In this document: positions 12,261-21,275 of the stretch, piece by piece | Position numbering within the stretch: the first letter of the stretch is position 1 | How the letters are laid out: the number at the start of each line of letters is the position of its first letter | NCBI RefSeq assembly: GCF_056746865.1 | Contig: NZ_CM163382.1 | Length of the DNA stretch: 64,000 nucleotides | Strand: one strand, 5' to 3' | The notes under the pieces: generated by a model | Database searches by the model: none | Seen by the model: only the letters and a program-made list of their open reading frames with translations | What the model was told of the DNA's origin: nothing | Program-made: the position numbers and the translations under genes

Positions 12261-12644
12261 ATGCAAATACCTCGCATGTCGCTTCGCCAGCTAGCCTGGT
12301 CCGGCGCTGTTTTACTTCTGGTCGGCACACTGTTGCTGGCCTGGTCCGCGGTTCGCCAGCAAGAGTCTACGCTGGCGATTCGTGCCGTTCATCAAGGGAC
12401 AACGATGCCAGACGGTTTTTCAATCTGGCATCACCTTGACGCTCACGGCATTCCTTTCAAAAGTATCACCCCCAAAAATGACACTCTGTTAATTACCTTT
12501 GACTCCAGCGACCAGAGTGCCGCCGCAAAAGCGGTCCTCGACAGAACATTGCCCCATGGCTACATCATCGCGCAGCAGGACAATAATAGTCAGGCTATGC
12601 AGTGGCTGACCCGGTTGCGGGATAACTCTCATCGCTTCGGATAA
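12261..12644 (+). CDS. mzrA: MzrA (YqjB), membrane modulator of the EnvZ/OmpR two-component system
   Basis: 127-aa ORF with a single N-terminal TM segment, starting 4 nt after the yqjA stop (likely co-transcribed). Confidence 0.88.
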   Translation: MQIPRMSLRQLAWSGAVLLLVGTLLLAWSAVRQQESTLAIRAVHQGTTMPDGFSIWHHLDAHGIPFKSITPKNDTLLITFDSSDQSAAAKAVLDRTLPHGYIIAQQDNNSQAMQWLTRLRDNSHRFG

Positions 12645-12790
12645 CTTCCTGTTATCCGAAACATATCACTGACTTTGGTGATTTCACCGTAACTGTCTAT
12701 GATTAATGAGGCGGTGGTTAACACTACCGCTTCGTTGTCTGGACAATCGTTCCTTTGTAATAGGTCCGAATCACAATGGAAGGTTCAAGA

Positions 12791-13159
12791 ATGAAATACC
12801 GCATCGCTTTAGCTGTTTCTCTCTTTGCTCTTAGTGCCGGTAGTTATGCCACTACCCTGTGTCAGGAAAAGGAGCAAAATATCCTTAAGGAGATCAGCTA
12901 TGCCGAAAAACACCAAAACCAGAATCGTATTGACGGTCTGAATAAAGCCCTGAGTGAAGTCCGGGCCAACTGTTCAGATAGCCAGCTGCGTGCCGATCAT
13001 CAGAAGAAAATCGCAAAGCAGAAAGATGAGGTGGCGGAACGCCAGCAAGATTTAACCGAGGCGAAGCAAAAAGGCGATGCCGATAAGATTGCCAAACGCG
13101 AACGGAAACTGGCAGAAGCGCAGGAAGAGCTGAAAAAGCTGGAAGCGCGCGACTACTAA
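12791..13159 (+). CDS. yqjC: DUF1090 periplasmic protein YqjC (signal peptide, coiled-coil rich)
   Basis: ORF track 12776..13159; start at MKYRIALAVSLFALSAGSYA (signal-peptide-like); Lys/Glu/Ala/Gln-rich helical body. Confidence 0.85.
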   Translation: MKYRIALAVSLFALSAGSYATTLCQEKEQNILKEISYAEKHQNQNRIDGLNKALSEVRANCSDSQLRADHQKKIAKQKDEVAERQQDLTEAKQKGDADKIAKRERKLAEAQEELKKLEARDY

Positions 13160-13196
13160 CTCACAATAGTCACTACTTACTCACCTGGAGAAAACT

Positions 13197-13502
13197 ATGT
13201 CGAAAGAACACACTACGGAACATCTGCGTGCTGAGTTGAAATCCCTTTCCGATACGCTGGAAGAGGTGCTTAGCTCATCTGGCGAGAAGTCGAAAGAAGA
13301 GTTGAGTAAGATTCGTAGCAAAGCGGAGCAGGCACTGAAACAGAGCCGTTATCGCCTGGGTGAAACCGGTGATGCCATCGCCAAACAAACCCGTGTCGCG
13401 GCGGCGCGTGCCGATGAGTATGTGCGTGAAAATCCATGGACGGGCGTGGGCATTGGCGCTGCAATCGGTGTAGTGCTCGGCGTTCTGCTATCGCGTCGTT
13501 AA
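13197..13502 (+). CDS. yqjD: Ribosome- and membrane-associated stationary-phase protein YqjD (ElaB/YgaM family)
   Basis: 101-aa ORF with a C-terminal TM anchor (GVGIGAAIGVVLGVLLSRR); GGAGA RBS upstream. Confidence 0.88.
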   Translation: MSKEHTTEHLRAELKSLSDTLEEVLSSSGEKSKEELSKIRSKAEQALKQSRYRLGETGDAIAKQTRVAAARADEYVRENPWTGVGIGAAIGVVLGVLLSRR

Positions 13503-13504
13503 TT

Positions 13505-13909
13505 ATGGCGGACACTCATCACGCGCAAGGGCCCGGTAAAAGCGTTCTGGGCATCGGGCAGCGAATTGTTTCCATCATGGTTGAAATGGTGGAAACACGT
13601 CTGCGGCTGGCGGTGGTGGAGCTGGAAGAGGAAAAAGCGAATCTCTTTCAACTTTTACTGATGCTGGGCCTGACGATGCTTTTCGCTGCATTTGGTCTTA
13701 TGAGCCTGATGGTGCTGATTATTTGGGCGGTTGATCCGCAATATCGCCTGAATGCGATGATTGCCACCACCGTGGTGTTGCTGCTACTGGCACTGATTGG
13801 CGGTATCTGGACGTTACGTAAATCGCGTAAATCCACCTTGCTGCGCCATACACGCCATGAGCTGGCAAACGATCGGCAGCTGCTCGAGGAGGAGTCCCGT
13901 GAGCAGTAA
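13505..13909 (+). CDS. yqjE: Inner-membrane protein YqjE (DUF1469)
   Basis: ORF track 13436..13909; start set at MADTHHAQGPG, 3 nt after the yqjD stop; two hydrophobic segments. Confidence 0.85.
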   Translation: MADTHHAQGPGKSVLGIGQRIVSIMVEMVETRLRLAVVELEEEKANLFQLLLMLGLTMLFAAFGLMSLMVLIIWAVDPQYRLNAMIATTVVLLLLALIGGIWTLRKSRKSTLLRHTRHELANDRQLLEEESREQ

Positions 13910-14198
13910 AGTCGAACGTGAACGACGTAAGGCGCAACTGCTTAGCCAGATCCAGCAACAACGGCTGGATCTTTCTGCCAGTCGTCGTGAATGGCTGGAG
14001 GCAACAGGCGCTTACGATCGTCGCTGGAATATGCTGCTAAGTCTGCGCTCCTGGGCGCTGGTTGGCAGTAGCGTGATGGCGATCTGGACGATTCGCCATC
14101 CTAATATGCTGGTCCGCTGGGCCAGACGCGGTTTTGGCTTATGGAGCGCCTGGCGTCTGGTTAAAACGACCCTCAAGCAGCAACAGCTTCGCGGTTAA
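13899..14198 (+). CDS. yqjK: Small protein YqjK
   Basis: ORF track 13797..14198; GTG start at 13899 inside a GGAGGAG RBS-like stretch, overlapping the yqjE 3' end by 11 nt; 99 aa. Confidence 0.75.
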   Translation: MSSKVERERRKAQLLSQIQQQRLDLSASRREWLEATGAYDRRWNMLLSLRSWALVGSSVMAIWTIRHPNMLVRWARRGFGLWSAWRLVKTTLKQQQLRG

Positions 14199-14384
14199 TA
14201 ACCTCTCTGGCCGGAGCCATTCCGGCCTTATCCCTCAAATTTTTTGAAGATTTTTGACAGTTTTCCTTGCTAACAATCATCATTCACCACGTTTATGATT
14301 CTCTCCATCGACAGCAACGACGCTAATACCGCGCCCTTGCACAAAAAAACAATCAGCAGCCTGAGTGGCGCAGTGGAGAGTATG

Positions 14385-14777
14385 ATGAAAAAATTAGAAG
14401 ATGTTGGTGTACTGGTAGCGCGCATTTTAATGCCGATTCTGTTTATTACCGCAGGCTGGGGAAAAATTACTGGCTACGCGGGTACCCAACAATATATGGA
14501 AGCGATGGGTGTCCCAGGCTTTATGCTGCCGCTGGTGATTCTGCTTGAGTTTGGTGGTGGTCTGGCAATCCTGTTCGGTTTCCTGACTCGCACCACAGCC
14601 CTGTTTACTGCGGGCTTTACGCTGCTGACGGCATTTTTATTTCACAGCAACTTTGCTGAAGGCGTCAACTCGCTGATGTTCATGAAAAACCTGACAATTT
14701 CTGGCGGATTCCTGCTGCTGGCAATTACCGGTCCGGGCGCGTATAGCATCGACCGCCTGCTGAATAAAAAGTGGTAA
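14385..14777 (+). CDS. yqjF: DoxX-family inner-membrane protein YqjF
   Basis: ORF track 14295..14777; start at MMKKLEDVG (130 aa); multi-TM. Confidence 0.85.
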   Translation: MKKLEDVGVLVARILMPILFITAGWGKITGYAGTQQYMEAMGVPGFMLPLVILLEFGGGLAILFGFLTRTTALFTAGFTLLTAFLFHSNFAEGVNSLMFMKNLTISGGFLLLAITGPGAYSIDRLLNKKW

Positions 14778-14846
14778 GCACGCGCTATACTTAACGATAA
14801 AAAACGAGGAGGAAGCTCCTCGTTTTTGCTATTGGAGGAGAGAAAT

Positions 14847-15833
14847 ATGGGTCAACTGATTGACGGCGTCTGGCATGACACCTGGTACGATACCAAATCT
14901 ACCGGCGGTAAATTTCAACGTTCAGCTTCCGCATTTCGTAACTGGCTCACTGCCGATGGCGCGCCAGGCCCCACTGGCACAGGCGGTTTTATCGCAGAGA
15001 AAGATCGTTATCATCTCTATGTTTCACTCGCCTGCCCGTGGGCGCACCGCACGCTGATCATGCGTAAACTCAAAGGACTGGAACCGTTTATTTCCGTTTC
15101 CGTAGTGAACCCGCTGATGCTGGAAAACGGCTGGACCTTTGATGACAGTTTTCCGGGTGCAACCGGCGATACACTCTATCAACATGAATTTTTGTATCAG
15201 CTTTATCTCCACGCCGATCCACACTACAGCGGACGAGTTACTGTTCCCGTGCTGTGGGACAAAAAGAACCACACCATCGTCAGCAACGAATCAGCAGAAA
15301 TCATCCGCATGTTCAATACCGCGTTTGATGCGCTGGGCGCGAAAGCTGGTGATTACTACCCATCAGCCCTGCAAACGAAAATTGACGAACTTAACGGCTG
15401 GATTTATGACACCGTTAACAATGGCGTGTATAAAGCCGGTTTTGCCACCAGCCAGCAAGCCTACGACGAGGCGGTAGTGAAAGTGTTTGAATCGCTGGCG
15501 CGACTGGAGCAGATTTTAGGCCAGCATCGTTACCTGACCGGCAACCAGCTAACCGAAGCCGATATTCGCCTGTGGACCACGCTGGTGCGTTTTGATCCGG
15601 TGTATGTCACCCACTTCAAGTGTGATAAGCACCGCATCAGCGATTACCTGAATCTGTATGGTTTCCTGCGCGATATCTACCAGATGCCGGGGATTGCCGA
15701 AACTGTCAATTTCGATCACATCCGTAATCACTACTTCCGCAGCCATAAGACCATCAACCCTACGGGGATTATTTCAATTGGTCCGTGGCAGGATCTCGAT
15801 GAACCGCATGGACGAGATGTTCGCTTCGGTTAA
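14847..15833 (+). CDS. yqjG: Glutathionyl-hydroquinone reductase YqjG (Xi-class GST)
   Basis: ORF track 14826..15833; start at MGQLIDGVW (328 aa) with GGAGGAG RBS; CPWAHR active-site motif present. Confidence 0.92.
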   Translation: MGQLIDGVWHDTWYDTKSTGGKFQRSASAFRNWLTADGAPGPTGTGGFIAEKDRYHLYVSLACPWAHRTLIMRKLKGLEPFISVSVVNPLMLENGWTFDDSFPGATGDTLYQHEFLYQLYLHADPHYSGRVTVPVLWDKKNHTIVSNESAEIIRMFNTAFDALGAKAGDYYPSALQTKIDELNGWIYDTVNNGVYKAGFATSQQAYDEAVVKVFESLARLEQILGQHRYLTGNQLTEADIRLWTTLVRFDPVYVTHFKCDKHRISDYLNLYGFLRDIYQMPGIAETVNFDHIRNHYFRSHKTINPTGIISIGPWQDLDEPHGRDVRFG

Positions 15834-15858
15834 AAAAAGGCACCTTACGAGGTGCCTC
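15833..15858. terminator. Stem-loop terminator downstream of yqjG
   Basis: aggcacc-ttacg-aggtgcct hairpin immediately after the yqjG stop, flanked by an A-run upstream and T-rich sequence downstream. Confidence 0.6.
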
Positions 15859-15885
15859 TGATTATTAGCTAAGTGCGTGTTATTT

Positions 15886-15985
15886 ATGTCGGATGCGGCG
15901 TGAACGTTTTCTCCAACTTACAAAACGTTTATATTCAATATGTTACAATGCCGCGTAGGCCAGATAAGCGTAGCGCATCTGGCGA
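15886..15985. repeat. REP/BIME-like palindromic repeats
   Basis: gtcggatgcggcgtgaacg and gccgcgtaggccagataagcgtagcgcatctggcg resemble the REP consensus (GCCGGATGCGGCG... / ...CTTATCCGGCCTAC). Confidence 0.55.
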
Positions 15986-16124
15986 TTTTGCGCTTGTCAT
16001 CAGTCTTAGCGCGCCTTCACGGCACTTTATTAATTCCTTGAACGAATATTTACTGCCATTTCATTCACGTCTATTCTTAATTTGCTGCTTTAAAAACAAG
16101 TGATTGAGCAAAATTGAGGCAAAA

Positions 16125-16490
16125 ATGGACTGGTATCTGAAAGTACTAAAAAATTATGTCGGTTTCCGGGGTCGTGCGCGGCGCAAAGAGTACTGGATGT
16201 TTATTCTGGTCAACATCATCTTTACGTTCGTGCTGGGGCTGCTGGATAAAATGTTAGGCTGGCAACGCGCTGGTGGCGAAGGCATCCTGACAACAATCTA
16301 CGGTATTCTGGTGTTTTTACCGTGGTGGGCGGTTCAGTTCCGCCGCCTGCACGACACCGACCGCTCGGCGTGGTGGGCACTGCTGTTCTTAATCCCGTTT
16401 ATCGGCTGGCTTATTATCATCGTCTTTAACTGCCAGGCGGGTACGCCAGGCGAAAACCGCTTTGGACCTGATCCAAAACTGGAACCTTAA
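16125..16490 (+). CDS. yhaH: DUF805-family inner-membrane protein YhaH
   Basis: ORF track 16104..16490; start at MDWYLKVLKNYVGF (121 aa); paralogous to the next gene, yhaI. Confidence 0.88.
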   Translation: MDWYLKVLKNYVGFRGRARRKEYWMFILVNIIFTFVLGLLDKMLGWQRAGGEGILTTIYGILVFLPWWAVQFRRLHDTDRSAWWALLFLIPFIGWLIIIVFNCQAGTPGENRFGPDPKLEP

Positions 16491-16731
16491 AACAAATCTG
16501 CTCGCCGGATGTCTGACTCATCCGGCTTTTATCATCATGTTGATGAATGAATAATTTACTAATGTTTAGTTAAAATATTTCAATGTCGTTATATAAATTA
16601 CATATAAAAAACAACCATATATTTATCTTAAATATTAAAACCTTTATAACATCCGAAAAAGAAAGATACGAATAGCATTTACACAATACCCGGAATAGAC
16701 TTTCGTCACTTTTAATTAAAGGGATGTTTTT

Positions 16732-17034
16732 ATGCAGTGGTATTTATCCGTATTAAAAAATTATGTTGGTTTCTCTGGTCGCGCACGTCGTAAAGAGTAC
16801 TGGATGTTTACTCTGATTAACGCCATCGTCGGCGCTATTATCAATGTCATTCAATTGATTTTAGGTTTAGAGTTTCCGTTCCTTTCTCTCATTTACCTGG
16901 CAGCAACAATCATTCCGGTCATTGCTCTGTGCGTTCGTCGTCTGCATGATACTGACCGTTCAGGTGCGTGGGCGCTTCTCTATCTGGTACCGATCATTGG
17001 CTGGTTAGTTCTGTTTGTATTTGCCTGTTGGTAA
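16732..17034 (+). CDS. yhaI: DUF805-family inner-membrane protein YhaI, 3' end disrupted by IS1 (reading frame ends ...FVFACW* with the stop inside IS1)
   Basis: ORF runs into the IS1 end at 17030; N-terminus MQWYLSVLKNYVGFSGRARRKEYWMF is paralogous to YhaH; removing IS1 and one TSD copy restores a 118-aa frame. Confidence 0.85.
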   Translation: MQWYLSVLKNYVGFSGRARRKEYWMFTLINAIVGAIINVIQLILGLEFPFLSLIYLAATIIPVIALCVRRLHDTDRSGAWALLYLVPIIGWLVLFVFACW

Positions 17035-17044
17035 TGACTCCAAC

Positions 17045-17548
17045 TTATTGATAGTGTTTTATGTTCAGATAATGCCCGATGACTTTGTCATGCAGCTCCA
17101 CCGATTTTGAGAACGACAGCGACTTCCGTCCCAGCCGTGCCAGGTGCTGCCTCAGATTCAGGTTATGCCGCTCAATTCGCTGCGTATATCGCTTGCTGAT
17201 TACGTGCAGCTTTCCCTTCAGGCGGGATTCATACAGCGGCCAGCCATCCGTCATCCATATCACCACGTCAAAGGGTGACAGCAGGCTCATAAGACGCCCC
17301 AGCGTCGCCATAGTGCGTTCACCGAATACGTGCGCAACAACCGTCTTCCGGAGCCTGTCATACGCGTAAAACAGCCAGCGCTGGCGCGATTTAGCCCCGA
17401 CGTATCCCCACTGTTCGTCCATTTCCGCGCAGACGATGACGTCACTGCCCGGCTGTATGCGCGAGGTTACCGACTGCGGCCTGAGTTTTTTAAATGGCGG
17501 AAAATCGTGTTGAGGCCAACGCCCATAATGCGGGCGGTTGCCCGGCAT
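17045..17548 (-). CDS. insB: IS1 transposase InsB (expressed as an InsAB' fusion by -1 frameshifting)
   Basis: 167-aa ORF recognised as IS1 InsB ([16 protein letters not shown]...). Confidence 0.95.
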   Translation of the reverse strand: MPGNRPHYGRWPQHDFPPFKKLRPQSVTSRIQPGSDVIVCAEMDEQWGYVGAKSRQRWLFYAYDRLRKTVVAHVFGERTMATLGRLMSLLSPFDVVIWMTDGWPLYESRLKGKLHVISKRYTQRIERHNLNLRQHLARLGRKSLSFSKSVELHDKVIGHYLNIKHYQ

Positions 17549-17742
17549 CCAACGCCATTCATGGCCATATCAATGATTTTCTGGTGCGTACCGGGTTGAG
17601 AAGCGGTGTAAGTGAACTGCAGTTGCCATGTTTTACGGCAGTGAGAGCAGAGATAGCGCTGATGTCCGGCAGTGCTTTTGCCGTTACGCACCACCCCGTC
17701 AGTAGCTGAACAGGAGGGACAGCTGATAGAAACAGAAGCCAC
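17467..17742 (-). CDS. insA: IS1 InsA (zinc-finger/HTH transposition inhibitor)
   Basis: 91-aa ORF with CPSC...CSHC zinc-finger motif; canonical IS1 InsA sequence. Confidence 0.95.
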   Translation of the reverse strand: MASVSISCPSCSATDGVVRNGKSTAGHQRYLCSHCRKTWQLQFTYTASQPGTHQKIIDMAMNGVGCRATARIMGVGLNTIFRHLKNSGRSR

Positions 17743-17805
17743 TGGAGCACCTCAAAAACACCATCATACACTAAATCAGTAAGTTGGCAGCATCACCTTG
17801 CCTGT

Positions 17806-17865
17806 TTAGAGGGCAATTCTGGCAGCAATCGTTACGGAAACGATCCGAAATTTGGTTCAAATTAA
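17806..17865 (+). pseudogene. yhaI: Displaced 3' fragment of yhaI (would encode the C-terminal LEGNSGSNRYGNDPKFGSN*), separated from the gene body by IS1
   Basis: In-frame continuation of the yhaI reading frame once IS1 and one TSD copy are removed. Confidence 0.75.
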
Positions 17866-17875
17866 TATTAAAATT

Positions 17876-17893
17876 GGGGCGATATTTCGCCCC
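17876..17893. terminator. Bidirectional stem-loop terminator between convergent yhaI and yhaJ
   Basis: ggggcgatatttcgcccc perfect hairpin flanked by A/T-rich sequence on both sides. Confidence 0.65.
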
Positions 17894-17915
17894 TTGTTAT
17901 TAACAATAACAAATA

Positions 17916-18812
17916 TTATTTTCCGCTAAAAAGTTTGGGAATTTCCCGCAGACACCAGGATTTCGCTTCCCCCATACTGTCACGACGCCAGGCCATAATA
18001 ATATCGATCTCGCTGGTCGATTCCGGGCTGACGACACGCAACCGCCCTTCCGCAATATCTTTTTCGACCATCGGATACGGCATCGTCGCCACGCCAAGCC
18101 CCGCCAGTAATGCCTGACGTTTATCTTCAATCGTGCTCACCGTTAAGCGCGGCTGTTTGTCCAGCAGCTGTACGGTCAACACCGGGCGCTCACGAGCGGT
18201 ATCCGCCACCGCAATTCCACGATATTTCACGCGCGTCACTTCAGATAACGGTTCCGGCTCCTGATGAATCGGGTGATCAGGCGCGGCAACGTAGACGTTC
18301 ATTAACGTATAGAGCTTGCGCGAGTTGATCTCCGACGAGGAACGAAAATGCATATCCGGCGCGATAACAATATCCGCCCGCCCCTGCTCCAGCCGTTCCC
18401 ACGCCCCCGCCAGCACTTCGGTGATAATTGCCAGTTGGGTATTGGCTTTTGCCGCCAGTTTGTCGATTAACGGGAAAAAGGCAGGTGTCGGTACCAGCGC
18501 CTCGGTCACAATGGTGAGATGCGTTTCCCAACCGCGCGCGAGAGCTTCCGCATCGGTAGTCAGTTTATCTGCGGCTTCCAGCAAAACGCGCCCTCGCTCC
18601 AGCAACATCCTCCCGACATTGGTGAATTTGGTGCGATGGCCCGAGCGGTCAAACAGCACCACATCCAGCTCTTCTTCCAGTTTTTGCATGGTGTAGCTAA
18701 GTGCGGAAGGCACGCGTCCCAGCTCATCCGCCGCCGCCGCAAAACTGCCCCGGCGATCGATCGCATCCATAACCCGTAGTGCTTCCAGCGTTAATGCCCT
18801 TTCTTTGGCCAT
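17916..18812 (-). CDS. yhaJ: LysR-family transcriptional regulator YhaJ
   Basis: 298-aa ORF; N-terminal HTH (LTLEALRVMDAIDRRGSFAAAADELGRVPSALSYTMQKLE) plus LysR substrate-binding domain. Confidence 0.92.
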   Translation of the reverse strand: MAKERALTLEALRVMDAIDRRGSFAAAADELGRVPSALSYTMQKLEEELDVVLFDRSGHRTKFTNVGRMLLERGRVLLEAADKLTTDAEALARGWETHLTIVTEALVPTPAFFPLIDKLAAKANTQLAIITEVLAGAWERLEQGRADIVIAPDMHFRSSSEINSRKLYTLMNVYVAAPDHPIHQEPEPLSEVTRVKYRGIAVADTARERPVLTVQLLDKQPRLTVSTIEDKRQALLAGLGVATMPYPMVEKDIAEGRLRVVSPESTSEIDIIMAWRRDSMGEAKSWCLREIPKLFSGK

Positions 18813-18916
18813 TTCGTTCTCATTCAGGAAATTTGAACATACCGGGCAGAATATCTGGCTAACAATGTAGCGTCCAGCCCCTTACCATAAAAGGAAGTAA
18901 AGAGAGGTCAAGAATT

Positions 18917-19618
18917 ATGATTACTACCCGAACTGCCAGGCAGTGTGGACAAGCAGACTACGGATGGTTGCAGGCCCGGTATACTTTTTCCTTTGGACAC
19001 TACTTCGACCCGAAATTGTTAGGCTATGCCTCCCTGCGCGTGCTTAACCAGGAAGTGCTGGCCCCAGGTGCCGCCTTTCAGCCGCGAACCTATCCCAAAG
19101 TCGATATTTTAAATGTGATTCTGGATGGAGAAGCAGAGTATCGCGACAGCGAAGGCAATCATGTTCAGGCCAGCTCCGGTGAGGCGTTGCTGCTCTCTAC
19201 CCAGCCGGGTGTCAGCTATAGCGAACACAATCTCAGCAAAGACAAACCGTTAACGCGAATGCAGCTTTGGCTGGATGCCTGCCCGCAGCGAGAGAATCCG
19301 CTGATTCAAAAGCTGGCGCTTAATATGGACAAGCAGCAATTAATCGCCTCGCCAGAGGGTGCGATGGGAAGCCTGCAATTACGCCAACAAGTGTGGCTGC
19401 ACCATATCGTGCTCGACAAAGGCGAAAGTGCGAATTTCCAGTTGCATGGGCCACGCGCGTATTTGCAATCGATTCACGGGAAATTTCATGCGCTTACGCA
19501 TCATGAAGAGAAAGCGGCGCTAACCTGCGGTGATGGGGCGTTTATTCGTGACGAGGCTAACATTACGCTGGTTGCCGATTCCCCACTGCGCGCTTTGCTG
19601 ATAGATTTGCCTGTCTAG
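18917..19618 (+). CDS. yhaK: Pirin-like bicupin protein YhaK
   Basis: 233-aa ORF recognised; divergent from yhaJ. Confidence 0.9.
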   Translation: MITTRTARQCGQADYGWLQARYTFSFGHYFDPKLLGYASLRVLNQEVLAPGAAFQPRTYPKVDILNVILDGEAEYRDSEGNHVQASSGEALLLSTQPGVSYSEHNLSKDKPLTRMQLWLDACPQRENPLIQKLALNMDKQQLIASPEGAMGSLQLRQQVWLHHIVLDKGESANFQLHGPRAYLQSIHGKFHALTHHEEKAALTCGDGAFIRDEANITLVADSPLRALLIDLPV

Positions 19619-19640
19619 TTGTTTTTACAGGGAGATGATG

Positions 19641-19805
19641 ATGAGTAAAAAATCGGCCAAAAAGCGTCAGCCAGTGAAGCCCGTGGTGGCGAAAGAACCT
19701 GCTCGCACCGCCAATAATTTTGGCTATGAAGAGATGTTGAGCGAGCTGGAAGCCATCGTCGCGGATGCTGAAACGCGTTTAGCCGAGGATGAAGCTACCG
19801 CGTAA
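19641..19805 (+). CDS. yhaL: Small protein YhaL (54 aa)
   Basis: Short ORF MSKKSAKKRQPVKPVVAKEP... with GGAGA RBS, 22 nt after yhaK; below the ORF-track length cutoff; remembered as annotated in K-12. Confidence 0.6.
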   Translation: MSKKSAKKRQPVKPVVAKEPARTANNFGYEEMLSELEAIVADAETRLAEDEATA

Positions 19806-19810
19806 AGACA

Positions 19811-19920
<110 letters not shown>

Positions 19921-19937
19921 TACCCAAAACCTGGCGT

Positions 19938-21248
19938 TTATCTGGCCTTGCTCGCCATAATCTCGATAATCTGCCGATCCGTTTGCTGCATCGAATGGCT
20001 TGCTAACGCACACAGGTTGGCAATCGACTGCTCAACATCATGCGCCACAATCCCTTCATTGCCGGTCACGGCGGTATCATCCAGCGCCATTAACACCGCT
20101 TTCCACGCAGCCGAAGCACTGGTCGAAACCTTCATCGCGCAGCTGTTCGACGCACCATCGCAAATCATGCCGCTGACATCGCCGATCATACTGCTGATCG
20201 CCATCGAAATGGTTTCATAACGCCCATCCACCAGCCATGCCATCCCGGCGGCGGCCCCCATTGCTGCGGTCGTTGCGGCACAAAGCGCAGACAAACGCGG
20301 TAACTGGTTATGGATGTAAATCGCGCTCAAATGCGAAAGCATCAGCGCACGCGCCAGCCGTTCATCATCCGCTCCGAAGTGTTCTGCTACCACCACCACA
20401 GGCATTGTTGCGGTGATCCCTTGGTTACCCGAGCCGGAGTTACTCATTGCCGGAAGCGTAGCGCCGCCCATACGCGCATCGGATGCCGCGCTGGTACGAA
20501 TCACAATGGATGAAGAGAGATCTTTCGCCAGCAAACCGCGCGCGCACTGTTTTTCCAGCGTCGCACCAATATGCAGCCCCCAGTTACCGCTCAAACCTTC
20601 CTGCGATAACGCACAATTTAACTTCGCAGAATCGAGAATAAAGCGGATCGCCGCAAACGGGACTTCATTGACGAACTTCAGGATCTCAGCCAGCGTCGTC
20701 CTGGAAAGCACCGTCAGCGGCGACTCTTGCTCGCCCTCTGTCACACACGCCTGCTGGGTAAACACCACACCATTGTGCGTCTCAATATGCACAATGTTGG
20801 TATGCCCGCCGACAATGGTGACACACGCCCACTTCTCACCGTTCCAGACTTTGGCGCGTGAGAAGAGGATTTCATCGCAAGGTTCCTGGATCTTAACTGA
20901 GACTTTCCCCGCCGCCAGCAGTGCTTTGGCATCGGCAATTGCCTGCGCAGTTGCATCTTTCAGCACTTCCAGCCCGGCGTTAGCATTTCCACCTAACGCT
21001 CCCAGCGCCGCCGCAATCGGCAGCCCCACCATTCCCGTGCCGGGAACGGTGACGCCCAGACCGTTCTTCATCAGATTTGGCGAAACCCAGGCTTCTACAC
21101 GTTCAACCGGACCTTCCAGTTCAGCCGCAGCAACCGCCGCTGCCAGCGCCAGTGAAATCGGTTCAGTACACCCCAGCGCCGGTTTTACCTCCTCCTGAAC
21201 GGCGAGGATGTAACGCTGCCATAACGGATTTAAAGTCGAATCAAACAT
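19938..21248 (-). CDS. cyuA: L-cysteine desulfidase CyuA (YhaM)
   Basis: 436-aa ORF recognised (serine dehydratase-like/UPF0597 family). Confidence 0.9.
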   Translation of the reverse strand: MFDSTLNPLWQRYILAVQEEVKPALGCTEPISLALAAAVAAAELEGPVERVEAWVSPNLMKNGLGVTVPGTGMVGLPIAAALGALGGNANAGLEVLKDATAQAIADAKALLAAGKVSVKIQEPCDEILFSRAKVWNGEKWACVTIVGGHTNIVHIETHNGVVFTQQACVTEGEQESPLTVLSRTTLAEILKFVNEVPFAAIRFILDSAKLNCALSQEGLSGNWGLHIGATLEKQCARGLLAKDLSSSIVIRTSAASDARMGGATLPAMSNSGSGNQGITATMPVVVVAEHFGADDERLARALMLSHLSAIYIHNQLPRLSALCAATTAAMGAAAGMAWLVDGRYETISMAISSMIGDVSGMICDGASNSCAMKVSTSASAAWKAVLMALDDTAVTGNEGIVAHDVEQSIANLCALASHSMQQTDRQIIEIMASKAR

Positions 21249-21275
21249 ATTAAAAACCTTAAAATTTCAGGTAAA

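Larger units (their letters stand above)
17030..17797 (-). mobile_element. Insertion sequence IS1 (768 bp), complete, with a 9-bp target-site duplication ttgcctgtt at 17021-17029 and 17798-17806
   Basis: Terminal inverted repeats ggtaatgactccaacttattgat (17030...) and atcagtaagttggcagcatcacc (...17797); encodes InsA and InsB; A6C frameshift motif (tttaaaaaac on the minus strand, about 17483-17492). Confidence 0.97.

Noticed and set aside
15873-16103. 76-aa ORF between yqjG and yhaH
   Set aside because: Covers REP/BIME-like palindromes and the yhaH promoter; no RBS.
20413-21198. 261-aa ORF antisense to cyuA
   Set aside because: Ser/Ala/Pro-rich low-complexity translation opposite a recognised CDS; almost certainly non-coding.
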